This document shows positions 9,898-20,082 of a stretch of 64,000 nucleotides of DNA, one piece after another. The stretch spans positions 928,001 through 992,000 of the forward strand of contig CAVSHF010000005.1 of assembly GCA_963727805.1 (NCBI GenBank), read 5' to 3'. The notes beneath the pieces are model-generated. The model did not search any database. It saw only the letters and a list, made by a program, of their open reading frames with translations, and had not been told where the DNA came from. This DNA comes from an uncultured Nitrospiraceae bacterium (lineage in GTDB: Bacteria; Nitrospirota; Thermodesulfovibrionia; Thermodesulfovibrionales; Dissulfurispiraceae). The translations under genes were made by a program, and so were the position numbers. The stretch's first letter is position 1, and each line of letters starts with the position of its first letter.

Positions 9898-12579
9898 ATG
9901 GAAGATCAACGACCTGATCCTGAGTTGCTACTCGATCAAATGCGCATGGATGCTGAACGCAGCCGCGAGGGACAGCTGAAGATATTCTTCGGAGCTGCAC
10001 CGGGCGTTGGCAAGACCTATGCCATGCTAGAAGCTGCTCACCAAAAGATTTCTGAAGACGTCAACGTTGTGGTAGGACTCGTCGAGACACATGGACGCAA
10101 AGAGACTGAGGCATTGCTTGAAAGATTGGAAATACTGCCTCTCAGAAGTGTCGAATACCGCGGTACCATCCTGAAGGAATTCGATATTGATGCGGCCCTT
10201 ACCCGTAAGCCCTCAATCATCCTTGTCGATGAACTTGCCCACTCAAATGCCGAAGGGTCACGTCATAAGAAACGCTGGCAGGACATATACGAACTCCTGG
10301 GGGCCGGCATTACGGTCTATACGACACTGAATGTACAACATCTGGAAAGTCTCAATGACGTAGTTGCCCAGATCACCAGCATCAACGTTCGTGAAACAGT
10401 GCCTGATTTTCTGCTCGACCGAGCCGACGAGATAGAGCTTATCGACCTACCGCCTAACGATCTGCTGCAAAGGCTGGCCGAAGGAAAGGTATATGTGGCC
10501 GAACTCGCCGTGCAGGCACGCAGAAATTTCTTCAGGAAGGGCAACCTCCTTGCCCTGCGCGAGCTTGCACTGCGCCGCACGGCGGAACAGGTTGATGTCC
10601 AGATGCAGGACTACCGGCGGATTAAGGGCGTAAAAGATGTCTGGCCGGCGGCTGAGCGCATTCTTGTATGCGTTGGTCCGAGCCCTTTTGCTGTCCGCCT
10701 GATTCGCGCAGCCAAGCGAATGGCCGCGGGGCTTCGCGCCGACTGGATTGCGGTCAATGTAGAAGCACCCGGAAAGATACAGCCGTCGGAGAAAGACATC
10801 AAAGGACTTACCGAAAACATGCGCCTTGCCGAAAGCCTCGGCGCCGAAACTGTCGTCCTTTCGGGTCACAAGGCAAGCGAGGAGATCTTGAATTATGCTC
10901 GAAACCGCAATGTCACCAAGATTATCGTAGGGAAACCGACCCATCCCCGTTGGAAGGACAAACTGTTTGGCTCCATGCTCGACGAGATCGTACGCGGAAG
11001 TGGGGACATCGATGTCAATGTCATATCAGGAGACATCACGGCCCCCTCTCGGATATCCCCGCCTAAAACCGCCCCCAGCAAAACCCCAGCAAAAGAATGG
11101 ATCACGAGCATCTTCGGCGTTGCGCTCTGCACGGTCATAGCAATCCTGATGTTACCCTACTTCACTTTGGTCGACATTGCAATGGTCTATATACTTGGGG
11201 TTGTAGTGGTTGCAATCCGCACAGGCAACGCCCCTTCCCTTCTAGCCTCTCTTTTGAGCGTAGCTGCTTTCGATTTCTTTTTCGTTCCGCCCTACTATAC
11301 TTTCGCGGTGAATGATGTGAAATATTTCGTAACATTTATCGTGATGTTCATTGTTGCATTCGTGACCAGCAGGCTCACCCTGCGTGTGCGTGAACAGGCG
11401 GAATCAGCACGGCGAAGGGAGAGAAGCACTGCCGCACTGTATCGCCTGAGCAGGGAGCTCACACGAGAACGGGAAATAGAGCGTCTGAGCACCGTCTCAA
11501 TCAAACATATAAGCGAAGTCTTCTCAAGCGAGGCGGTTGTGCTCGTCCCGGATCAATGGGATAGACTGACATGTGCAGTAAGATGCACAGGAACTTTTAT
11601 CGTCGATGACAAGGAGATGAGCGTTGCCCAGTGGGCGTTTGATCATAGTCAAAAGGCTGGCGCCGGTACCGATACACTGTCGGGTGCCAAGGCCTTTTAC
11701 ATCCCCCTCATTTCCGCCTCAAAGACTGTCGGGGTAATCGGCGTTATTCCCGGCCCTTCCGTTAGCTTCTACGACAGCGAACAGGTCCATGCCCTTGAAA
11801 GTTTTACGACTCAGACGGCAATTGCCATTGAGAGAGCCATTCTTGCCGAAGAGGCGCAGCAGGCCATACTGAGGGCTGAGACGGAGATGCTTCGCAACAC
11901 GCTGTTGAGTTCGGTCTCTCATGACCTGCGCACGCCTTTGGCTGCGATTACAGGGGCAGCGTCCACAATTCTGGAAAACGATTCTACGCTGAACCAGTCA
12001 GATAGGCATGAGCTGACACTTACGATTTACGAAGAAGCGGAGCACCTAAATCAGATCATTCGCAATGTGCTTGATATGACTCGCCTCGAATCGGGCGCAA
12101 TAAAGGTCAAAAAAGAGTGGCAATCCATCGAGGAGATTGTGGGGGCAGTGTTGAACCGTCTGGCCGATAAACTTAAAGATCGCCCTATCTCGATCAGGCT
12201 TCAGAAGGATTTACCCCTTGTACCTTTCGATCCACTGCTCCTTGAACAGGTCCTTATGAACCTGCTGGTCAATACCATAAAATATACACAGCCTGAATCC
12301 GAGATTGATATCTCGGCGGTGGTCAAAGGGCAAGAAGTTTTGGTAGAATTGGCGGATAGAGGCCCTGGAATACCTTCCGAAGACGCAGATAGAATATTCG
12401 AGAAATTTGTACGAGGTCCCTCTACCGGCGGCATAGGCCTGGGCCTTACAATTTGCCGGGCGATTGTTGCTGCCCACGGTGGACGTATCTGGGCCGAAAA
12501 CAGGCCGGGGGGCGGAGCAGTATTCCGTTTTACACTCCCCATAGTGGAGCAGCCGCCCATGGTCGAAACCGATGCATAA
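9898..12579 (+). CDS. kdpD: Sensor histidine kinase KdpD
   Basis: LKIFFGAAPGVGKTYAML, LVDELAHSN, Usp domain, four TM segments, SHDLRTPL H-box and GLGL. Confidence 0.96.
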   Translation: MEDQRPDPELLLDQMRMDAERSREGQLKIFFGAAPGVGKTYAMLEAAHQKISEDVNVVVGLVETHGRKETEALLERLEILPLRSVEYRGTILKEFDIDAALTRKPSIILVDELAHSNAEGSRHKKRWQDIYELLGAGITVYTTLNVQHLESLNDVVAQITSINVRETVPDFLLDRADEIELIDLPPNDLLQRLAEGKVYVAELAVQARRNFFRKGNLLALRELALRRTAEQVDVQMQDYRRIKGVKDVWPAAERILVCVGPSPFAVRLIRAAKRMAAGLRADWIAVNVEAPGKIQPSEKDIKGLTENMRLAESLGAETVVLSGHKASEEILNYARNRNVTKIIVGKPTHPRWKDKLFGSMLDEIVRGSGDIDVNVISGDITAPSRISPPKTAPSKTPAKEWITSIFGVALCTVIAILMLPYFTLVDIAMVYILGVVVVAIRTGNAPSLLASLLSVAAFDFFFVPPYYTFAVNDVKYFVTFIVMFIVAFVTSRLTLRVREQAESARRRERSTAALYRLSRELTREREIERLSTVSIKHISEVFSSEAVVLVPDQWDRLTCAVRCTGTFIVDDKEMSVAQWAFDHSQKAGAGTDTLSGAKAFYIPLISASKTVGVIGVIPGPSVSFYDSEQVHALESFTTQTAIAIERAILAEEAQQAILRAETEMLRNTLLSSVSHDLRTPLAAITGAASTILENDSTLNQSDRHELTLTIYEEAEHLNQIIRNVLDMTRLESGAIKVKKEWQSIEEIVGAVLNRLADKLKDRPISIRLQKDLPLVPFDPLLLEQVLMNLLVNTIKYTQPESEIDISAVVKGQEVLVELADRGPGIPSEDADRIFEKFVRGPSTGGIGLGLTICRAIVAAHGGRIWAENRPGGGAVFRFTLPIVEQPPMVETDA

Positions 12580-12645
12580 GTAATTCCACGCTTCCTCCCT
12601 TTAAATAAATGGGATTGGAGGAGGAGTGAAGCAGGGCAATATTTT

Positions 12646-13365
12646 ATGACACATGACAATAGACTCATTCTCCTGATTGAAGATGAACCGCAGATGCGGC
12701 GTTTCCTGCGTGTTACGCTGCAAAGCAACGGTTATGGCCTGATCGAGACGACCACGGGACAGGATGGACTCGCCCAAGCGGCAACACGCAACCCTGATGT
12801 GGTGCTTCTCGATCTGGGGCTGCCGGATTGCGACGGGCTCGAAGTACTCTCAGAAATAAGAGAATGGTCGCAGACGCCTGTGATTATCCTTTCGGCGCGG
12901 GGCCAGGAGCAGGATAAGATCAAGGCGCTTGATGCGGGCGCAGACGATTATCTGACCAAGCCCTTCGGCGCAGGAGAGTTACTAGCAAGGATCCGCGTAG
13001 CACTGCGCCATATCAATAAACAGCAAATCGAGCAGACTGAACCGGTTTTTGTTATTGATACGTTGCGTGTCGATCTATCAAAGAGACAGGTCTTTATAAA
13101 AGATACCGAGGTCCACCTGACTCCGATCGAATACAGGCTGCTAACATATTTGATCAAAAATGCGGGCAAGGTCGTCACCCACAATCAGTTGCTAAAGGAG
13201 GTATGGGGGCCTGCATATGCTGGTCAGACCCATTACGTACGCGTCTATATGGGCATGCTCAGGCACAAGCTTGAAGAGGACCCTTCGCGCCCCCATTTTT
13301 TCATTAACGAGCCAGGAGTCGGCTACCGATTGCGTTTCGAGGATCTGGCTGAACACGATTCCTGA
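12646..13365 (+). CDS. kdpE: Response regulator KdpE (OmpR family)
   Basis: LLDLGLPD, ALDAGADDYLTKPF, LRHKLEEDPSRP...EPGVGYR. Confidence 0.94.
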   Translation: MTHDNRLILLIEDEPQMRRFLRVTLQSNGYGLIETTTGQDGLAQAATRNPDVVLLDLGLPDCDGLEVLSEIREWSQTPVIILSARGQEQDKIKALDAGADDYLTKPFGAGELLARIRVALRHINKQQIEQTEPVFVIDTLRVDLSKRQVFIKDTEVHLTPIEYRLLTYLIKNAGKVVTHNQLLKEVWGPAYAGQTHYVRVYMGMLRHKLEEDPSRPHFFINEPGVGYRLRFEDLAEHDS

Positions 13366-13569
13366 CATCAACTCCAAAAGGCTACCCCTTCATCTACACC
13401 AGGGCAAACTTCCTTCAGAAAGTCACGCAAGAGAGACTTCTTCTCTGCCGATTAGAATGCCAATCCATAGTAGGCTCTGTCTATCTGCGAAAATTGGATA
13501 TTTCTAATTTTGAGCAAATGACTCACTTAATTGAACGGTGAGGTCCCTGACCAGGGGTCGCACTTATCC

Positions 13570-13890
13570 TCAACAAGGGACGTAGTTTATGTCATAACCA
13601 TGTCGTCGAAAAGCTCTCTTTAGTTGCTCTTTTTCCTCCGGCGTAAAGAAGGTGTATATTGCAACTACTTTTTCCTTTGACTGTTCATGTGTGCAGTTAT
13701 ACCGATAAAATTCATCCTTAAGATAGTCAGGCATAGATGTCTCGGACAGAATATGCTCCAAATCGCCACTCATACAGACCATAGCGTGCAGACTCTTACT
13801 TTTGCTCCCGAGGTAATACGCCCTTCCGTCCTTGCTAATGATAAAAGTGGTCGCTCCACAGCCTGCGAGTATCAGTGTGGCTAGGACCAC
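13570..13890 (-). CDS. Hypothetical lipoprotein
   Basis: LILAGC lipobox; the exact start is uncertain. Confidence 0.6.
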   Translation of the reverse strand: MVLATLILAGCGATTFIISKDGRAYYLGSKSKSLHAMVCMSGDLEHILSETSMPDYLKDEFYRYNCTHEQSKEKVVAIYTFFTPEEKEQLKRAFRRHGYDINYVPC

Positions 13891-13928
13891 CGTTAACAGT
13901 ATCTGATAACTCTTTATTGTTTTAACCC

Positions 13929-14438
13929 TTACATAAGATTTTCTATCTTTTTCACAAAAGCCGCCGAACTGAAATCAATCCGGCCGATTATCCTTTCCAC
14001 GACAAGACCATTCCTGTCTATGACAACAGTCGTGGGAAGTGCAATGACTGTATAGCGCTTGATAAACACGCCCCCGCTTGTATCGAGGAGCAGAGGGTAT
14101 GTTATATCGATCTGCTTTAGGATCTTCATGACAGCTTCTTTATTCCTGTCAGCCGATATTCCGAGCACGACTAGGCCCTTTCCTTTATATTTCTTATAAA
14201 TTATGCTTAGCGATGGCATCTCTTCAATGCACTCCGGACACCAACTTGCCCAGAAGTTAATCATTACTATTTTCCCCCGGTAATCCGATAGCCTGTGATG
14301 CTGCCCGCGAAGATCATCCAGCTCAAATTCGGGTGCTTTAACTGACTGCTCTGCAAAGTCATATGGCGGGATGAAAAGCTGAAAGAGCACTATGAGTACA
14401 ATCCCAAAACCGCCTAACATTAATTGTTTCATCTTCAA
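13929..14438 (-). CDS. TlpA/ResA family thiol-disulfide oxidoreductase
   Basis: INFWASWCPECIEEMP motif and an N-terminal membrane anchor. Confidence 0.9.
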   Translation of the reverse strand: MKMKQLMLGGFGIVLIVLFQLFIPPYDFAEQSVKAPEFELDDLRGQHHRLSDYRGKIVMINFWASWCPECIEEMPSLSIIYKKYKGKGLVVLGISADRNKEAVMKILKQIDITYPLLLDTSGGVFIKRYTVIALPTTVVIDRNGLVVERIIGRIDFSSAAFVKKIENLM

Positions 14439-14613
14439 TCCTTATCGTCTACTCACAAACGAAATCTCTTGTTTATCACAGAATAACATATTTCCAGTGT
14501 GTTTCAATATATCGACTTACTAGACTAAGACAGATAACTGGGTCATGTCGTATTCTTGTCATATCTACTGTTTGATCCTCGGCATATATGCTGCGGTTTT
14601 ATGGCATCATCGG

Positions 14614-14859
14614 CTAACTGTAGTCAGGCTGCACTTCCCGGAGGATCCCGATGAGATTCGTCGAGTGTGTCCGATCGCAGAAGAAAAGGTAAAAATTGAT
14701 AGTCTTCTCATAAGGATCATGATAGAGGATCAATCCCACCGGTATTGAAAACAAAGACCTCTTATCAGCCCCATGCACCTGATATTATTTCTCAAGAAGA
14801 AACTTGGCAAGATACGCGCCGTTTTCCCCGATTATTCCCATGATGAGCGTTCATTTCAT
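14614..14859 (-). pseudogene. gmd: GDP-mannose 4,6-dehydratase N-terminal remnant
   Basis: Translation MK*TLIMGIIGENGAYLAKFLLEK*YQVHG...LYHDPYEK...STNLIGILREVQPD matches the Gmd N-terminus, with internal stops and truncation. Confidence 0.75.
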
Positions 14860-14892
14860 ATGTCCCCCAACCAAGTAATCAGCACCCGTTCA

Positions 14893-15909
14893 CTAATCAC
14901 GGTCTTTATAGTACTCTTTGTACCACTCAATAAATTTTTCTATCCCTGCCTCGATGGATGTAGCCGGCTTAAACCCGACATCACTTATGAGATCGTCCAC
15001 ATCTGCATATGTCGCGGGCACATCTCCTGCTTGGAGGGGCAAGAAATTCTTTATGGCTTTAATACCGAGGCAGCCTTCGATGACCTCGATGAACTTCATG
15101 AGTTCGATGGGATTGTTATTTCCAATGTTGTAAAGCCGGTAAGGAGCATAACTCGTTGCAGAATCGGGATGGTCGCCGCTCCAGTGCGGATTGTGCTGCG
15201 GAATACTGTCGATCACCCTGACCACGCCCTCGACGATATCGTCTATGTAGGTAAAATCCCTTCTCATCTTCCCGAAATTAAAAACATCGATAGGCCTGTT
15301 GCCGAGCATCGCTTTGGTGAACAGAAAAAGCGCCATGTCAGGCCGCCCCCATGGGCCATAAACTGTAAAAAACCTAAGGCCGGTGCAAGGGACCTTATAC
15401 AAGCTGGCATAGGTATGGGCCATAAGTTCGTTGGCCTTTTTAGTCGCTGCATACAATGATACAGGATGGTCGACATTATCATGAACGGAAAAGGGCATCT
15501 TGGTGTTGGCGCCGTACACTGAGCTTGAAGAAGCAAAGACAAGATGCCCAACACCGTTGTGCCTGCAACCTTCAAGGACATTGAGGAACCCGACGATATT
15601 GCTGTCGATATAGGAGTAAGGGTTTTTGAGGGAATATCTTACGCCCGCCTGCGCCGCCAGATTCACTACCGCGTTGTATCCCCCCTCTGCAAAAAGCTTT
15701 TCCATTGCCGCCCGATCCTGAAGGTCGAGCTTGACGAATGCAAATCCTTTTTTTACTTCGAGCCGCTTAAGCCTTTCGAGCTTCAGTTTAACATCGTAGT
15801 AGTCGTTTATATTGTCGAGCCCGGTAACAACATCTCCCCGTTCAAGAAGTCTACTGCTGAGATGGAACCCGATGAAGCCTGCTGCGCCGGTAACGAGTAC
15901 CTTCTTCAA
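14893..15909 (-). CDS. NAD-dependent epimerase (UDP-glucuronate 4-epimerase type)
   Basis: [28 protein letters not shown] and [15 protein letters not shown] motifs. Confidence 0.92.
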   Translation of the reverse strand: MKKVLVTGAAGFIGFHLSSRLLERGDVVTGLDNINDYYDVKLKLERLKRLEVKKGFAFVKLDLQDRAAMEKLFAEGGYNAVVNLAAQAGVRYSLKNPYSYIDSNIVGFLNVLEGCRHNGVGHLVFASSSSVYGANTKMPFSVHDNVDHPVSLYAATKKANELMAHTYASLYKVPCTGLRFFTVYGPWGRPDMALFLFTKAMLGNRPIDVFNFGKMRRDFTYIDDIVEGVVRVIDSIPQHNPHWSGDHPDSATSYAPYRLYNIGNNNPIELMKFIEVIEGCLGIKAIKNFLPLQAGDVPATYADVDDLISDVGFKPATSIEAGIEKFIEWYKEYYKDRD

Positions 15910-15910
15910 T

Positions 15911-16774
15911 TTATCCTCCCCTAATCTTACACTGATTTTTTTTCAGGTACCGATCCACTGCATTTTCCCAGTCCGGTATTTCATACTTCAGTTCGGAGGT
16001 AATCTTCGCATTGGACATAGCAGAAAAATATGGCCTCTTTGCAGGCGTAGGGAAAAGATCCGTCGTGACGGGCAAGACGATATTATTCGCTCCGATCTTC
16101 TTAAGAAAGTATCGGGCCACTTCATATCGTGAGGCATAACCCCCGTTAGTCAGATTGTAAAGCCCTATTAACTGCTTCTCGATAGCCAGCATGGTGACTC
16201 GTACGATATCTTCCGTATACGTGGGCACCGAAACCTGATCACTCACTATCTTCAGCACCGGATTTTTCCTTGCCCATTCAGCCAGCTTGTACAGGAAATT
16301 CTGCTTGCCGTCTCCAAAGACCCAGCTCAATCTAAATAACAGATATTGTTTCGCCTCGTTTATCACAAAGAGCTCGCCGGCCCTCTTCGTCTCTCCATAA
16401 CAGTTGATCGGAGAAGGCATGTCATCTTCCGTATAAAAGTCCTCTTTCCGGCCATCAAAGACATAATCAGTGCTGTAATGCACCAGTAGGGCACCACTCT
16501 CTCTGCATGCAATCGCGAGGTTTTTCGGCCCGAGGGCATTCACCCTATAAGCTGTGTCGTAATCATCCTTTTCGGCCTTGTCCACGTTGTTATACGCGGC
16601 ACAGTTCAGTACAACATCAGCGCGGTGAGTTTCCAAGACATCCTTGATAACAGCACTATTGGAGATATCCAGGGATTCCTCGGAGGGGGCCTGCACATCA
16701 TGACCTAATACAGGAAGTACCCGCTGAAACTCTTGCGCAAGCTGGCCACTAGCGCCAGCTATGAGAATTTTCAC
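15911..16774 (-). CDS. rmlD: dTDP-4-dehydrorhamnose reductase
   Basis: [31 protein letters not shown] and AKRP motifs; GTG start. Confidence 0.92.
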   Translation of the reverse strand: MKILIAGASGQLAQEFQRVLPVLGHDVQAPSEESLDISNSAVIKDVLETHRADVVLNCAAYNNVDKAEKDDYDTAYRVNALGPKNLAIACRESGALLVHYSTDYVFDGRKEDFYTEDDMPSPINCYGETKRAGELFVINEAKQYLLFRLSWVFGDGKQNFLYKLAEWARKNPVLKIVSDQVSVPTYTEDIVRVTMLAIEKQLIGLYNLTNGGYASRYEVARYFLKKIGANNIVLPVTTDLFPTPAKRPYFSAMSNAKITSELKYEIPDWENAVDRYLKKNQCKIRGG

Positions 16775-16814
16775 TCATTAACCTCCATGAACAACAAAAC
16801 GCGAGACAGACAAT

Positions 16815-17030
16815 TTAAGCTTCATGCATCATAAAATCATAGTCGGCATTATTAAGCAATGGGTGCCGAGAATCTTTATCGGAGAGAAGCAACTTGCACA
16901 GCGGCCAGTCAATAGCGATGACGGGATCGTTCCAGGCTATCCCCCTGTCATAGTTGGGAGAATACTCCTTCGCGCATTTACAGGAGGTGTCGCCAAGCAT
17001 TGCCAGATCAATAAATTTAAAATTGCTCAT
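16815..17030 (-). pseudogene. rmlC: dTDP-4-dehydrorhamnose 3,5-epimerase with large internal deletion
   Basis: The 71-aa ORF keeps a short N-terminus joined to the RmlC C-terminus (KCAKEYSPNYDRGIAWNDPVIAIDWP...LSDKD). The catalytic core is missing. Confidence 0.8.
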
Positions 17031-17898
17031 CGAGCATCCTCAGCAGATATTGGCCGTACCCGTTCTTTTTTAAAGGCCCGGCGAGCTTCAAGACCTGATC
17101 TCTGTCGATATAGCCAAGCCGGTACGCTATTTCTTCAATGCATGCCATCTTAAGGCCCTGCCTTTTTTCAATGGTGGCGATGAATTCTCCCGCCTCAAGG
17201 AGGCTCTCGTGGGTCCCGGTATCGAGCCAGGCAAAGCCTCTTCCCATAAGTTCGACTCTGAGTTTTCCCCTCCTCAGATATTCCCTGTTCACATCCGTGA
17301 TCTCAATCTCTCCCCTTGCGGATGGCTTTACCTGCGCTGCTATGTTTATAACGTCATTGTCATAGAAATAAAGGCCTGTAACTGCATAGTTCGATCTCGG
17401 CCGCTCCGGTTTTTCTTCTATCGAAAGAACTTTGCCCTTCTTGTCGAATTCCACTACTCCGTATCGCTCTGGATCATTTACATAGTAACCGAAAACAGTC
17501 GCGCCTCCCCGCTGTTCGACATCATCGACGGCCTTCCTGAGCATTCCGGTAAGGCCATGGCCGAAAAAGATGTTGTCGCCGAGGATGAGGCAGGCGCCGT
17601 CATTCCCGATAAATTCTTCCCCGAGAATAAACGCCTCCGCAAGCCCTCGTGGGGCAGGCTGCACTTTATACGAGATACTGAGTCCCAAGTGTAAGCCATC
17701 TCCAAAGATGTCCCTGAACCTGGGCAGATCCTGCGGGGTCGAGATGATCAGGATATCCCTGATAGCAGCGAGCATAAGGGTCGCGAGCGGATAATAAATC
17801 ATAGGTTTGTCATAAACCGGTAATAGCTGCTTACAGACCGCCATCGTAACCGGATAGAGACGCGTACCGCTTCCACCGGCAAGAATAATTCCCTTCAT
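17017..17898 (-). CDS. rmlA: Glucose-1-phosphate thymidylyltransferase
   Basis: [38 protein letters not shown] and AWLDTGT motifs. Confidence 0.96.
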   Translation of the reverse strand: MKGIILAGGSGTRLYPVTMAVCKQLLPVYDKPMIYYPLATLMLAAIRDILIISTPQDLPRFRDIFGDGLHLGLSISYKVQPAPRGLAEAFILGEEFIGNDGACLILGDNIFFGHGLTGMLRKAVDDVEQRGGATVFGYYVNDPERYGVVEFDKKGKVLSIEEKPERPRSNYAVTGLYFYDNDVINIAAQVKPSARGEIEITDVNREYLRRGKLRVELMGRGFAWLDTGTHESLLEAGEFIATIEKRQGLKMACIEEIAYRLGYIDRDQVLKLAGPLKKNGYGQYLLRMLDEQF

Positions 17899-18312
17899 TC
17901 TATGCTCCTCCAGTCAACTCAAGTCAAAAACCGACTCGCTTACTCAATTTTTATTATAATCGATTCCGTAGATCCTTGACAGGGTTTAGATGGAATGACT
18001 CAAAAGGGGCAGGGCTCCGAGACATTTAATGATCTGAACTATTTCCGTGTTCGACTTCCCATGCGTTGATAATCTTCAACTCCGCACCTGGGAGTATCGG
18101 AGTCACGTATAAGCATTTTTGACGGCATATTGGAAATTTTCTTGTAAGTATAGCTATCCATCTTCGCAAGAAATTCCAGAGCCTATTGAAAGCAGTCGAT
18201 ATTTCTCATATTTTCAGAAATCTCCCGCTGATCTGCCTCCGCGCGATTATCTCCCTGGCGATAAAGACATCAACTAACGGACACGATCATGCCGCTAATC
18301 GCATCGTACCTG

Positions 18313-19047
18313 TCACGACACGACACGAACAATGTTCTCTCTTGGGACCTTTTTGAGAAGTATTCTCAGAGCAGAATCAAGACCCTCCTCATCAGTGGAT
18401 TCGAGCGTCACCATCACAGAATGATCCCGATTATTAACGACAGGATAAGAGCCGACCTTGACGCCACTTTTGAGTCCTACAATCTCGTCAAGATAAGGCG
18501 CAAGGAGTGATTCGGCCTCGTTGAAATAAACCTTCTTGAGAAAGATTTTCGGCCCGCTAAAACGTTTCTCAACAGCAAGGAATTTCTTTCTCAGCAGTTC
18601 AGGTATGCCGGGGAAGATGAAGATGTTTTTGAACTTGATTAGGGGGAAAATAAGGTCCCCGTCGTGGAGGAGTTCGGCTCCTTCGGGGACCTCCGCCATC
18701 TTTAGCTGGGCGGGGGTGAGGTTTTTATGTCTTTGTTCAAGAAATCCCTTCAGGATGTCGTTTATCACTGGCCTGACTCCAAAAGCCTGCGAGATGCCCT
18801 GTATAGTAATATCGTCATGGGTCGGCCCGATGCCGCCCGAGGTAAAGACAAAATCAAATTTGTTTGAGAAGTCCCGCACTTCACGGGCTATTTCATCCGT
18901 CAGGTCGGGGATTACCGAAATACGACAGACCGTTATCCCGCGGGTCCAGAGCTCCTTCGTCATAAAAAAGGTATTCGTATCCTGGACCTTTCCAGTCAGA
19001 ATCTCATCACCGATAATAATTATGCCAGCTGTTTTTACCGAGGCCAT
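18313..19047 (-). CDS. CinA-like molybdopterin-binding-domain protein
   Basis: IIIGDEILTGKVQDTN, TSGGIGPTHDDIT and FPGIP motifs. Confidence 0.85.
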   Translation of the reverse strand: MASVKTAGIIIIGDEILTGKVQDTNTFFMTKELWTRGITVCRISVIPDLTDEIAREVRDFSNKFDFVFTSGGIGPTHDDITIQGISQAFGVRPVINDILKGFLEQRHKNLTPAQLKMAEVPEGAELLHDGDLIFPLIKFKNIFIFPGIPELLRKKFLAVEKRFSGPKIFLKKVYFNEAESLLAPYLDEIVGLKSGVKVGSYPVVNNRDHSVMVTLESTDEEGLDSALRILLKKVPRENIVRVVS

Positions 19048-19112
19048 CGAATCAATTATAGCACGTTATGTTCCCGCTGCTGTCCGAGAATCATCCCTGA
19101 CTCCGACTTAGA

Positions 19113-20003
19113 TCATTTGCTCTCAGCCTGAATTCTCCCCGTTATTATTAAGCAGTCGTCGAATACGGCGATGGGCTTTTCAGAGGATTGCACCTCGCGG
19201 ATAACAAGCTCCTTCTGCCTGTCGATAAAGACTTGGCGGTGATCCACAGCAATCCCGGCGGCATCGAGAAGATCGAAGAACAGGTATCCGGGGATGGCCG
19301 CTTCGAGAATTCCTCCACCCTTCAGGAAATCCGAAAAGGCAGTCTGTCTTTTGAGTTCATGGAGTATCTTCATCATGAAAGGTTTCTGCCGCAAAAGACC
19401 GCTGCGGAATGCCGAAAAAGCAGTCCCATAATGCCGATCTGTAAACTTGCCGTTTCGCCAAACCTCACATGACGCTTTATCAGAAGACTGGAAGCCCCGG
19501 CATCGGGAAAATGCGCCCTTCTTCTGTTCTATAAAGACGGAATCTTGTCTCTCCTCGGGATAGATGGCACAGAATGGGACAAGTGAGCATTGTATTGGTT
19601 TTCTGCCTTCTTTATGCAGCCCGCAGAGATTATCGCCCCCCAGGACAGCGCAACGCCGGCTACGCCAGTTCCCCGCAATAAAATCGCCAACGATGAAATG
19701 CCTACCCGTCCCGATACCGATGGCTTCTAGAAAGTTTTCGTGTTCGGCATCAATTGGTATATATTTTCTAAACCCGACGGTAATAGGGAAAACATCATAA
19801 AGCTTGCCTATTTCGTCTATTGTAATCATCGTTGCTCCGCCACAGCACCAACTGGAGCAATCCCTAGCACAATCGAAGTTGCAGACGCCAGCGGTTAAAA
19901 GTACTTCTGTAGACGGCACTTCTGCCGAAGACGGACTTCCACAACACCGCTTGTATTTCTTCCCACTTCCGCAAGGACATGGGGTGTTTCGTTCCGGTTT
20001 CAT
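19113..20003 (-). CDS. SEC-C motif / YkgJ-like Cys-cluster protein
   Basis: RNTPCPCGSGKKYKRCC followed by C..CC, LCGLH..KPIQC..VPF motifs. Confidence 0.75.
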   Translation of the reverse strand: MKPERNTPCPCGSGKKYKRCCGSPSSAEVPSTEVLLTAGVCNFDCARDCSSWCCGGATMITIDEIGKLYDVFPITVGFRKYIPIDAEHENFLEAIGIGTGRHFIVGDFIAGNWRSRRCAVLGGDNLCGLHKEGRKPIQCSLVPFCAIYPEERQDSVFIEQKKGAFSRCRGFQSSDKASCEVWRNGKFTDRHYGTAFSAFRSGLLRQKPFMMKILHELKRQTAFSDFLKGGGILEAAIPGYLFFDLLDAAGIAVDHRQVFIDRQKELVIREVQSSEKPIAVFDDCLIITGRIQAESK

Positions 20004-20082
20004 TCTAAATCTATGGTAACAGAGTTTCAGGATAATAGTCATTTCCTTGCCCAAAGCTTTCTACGGATGTTATTTTAAAAGG

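Noticed and set aside
17900..18300. Intergenic stretch upstream of rmlA as a possible gene relic or ncRNA
   Set aside because: I could not recognise a protein similarity or a convincing structure.
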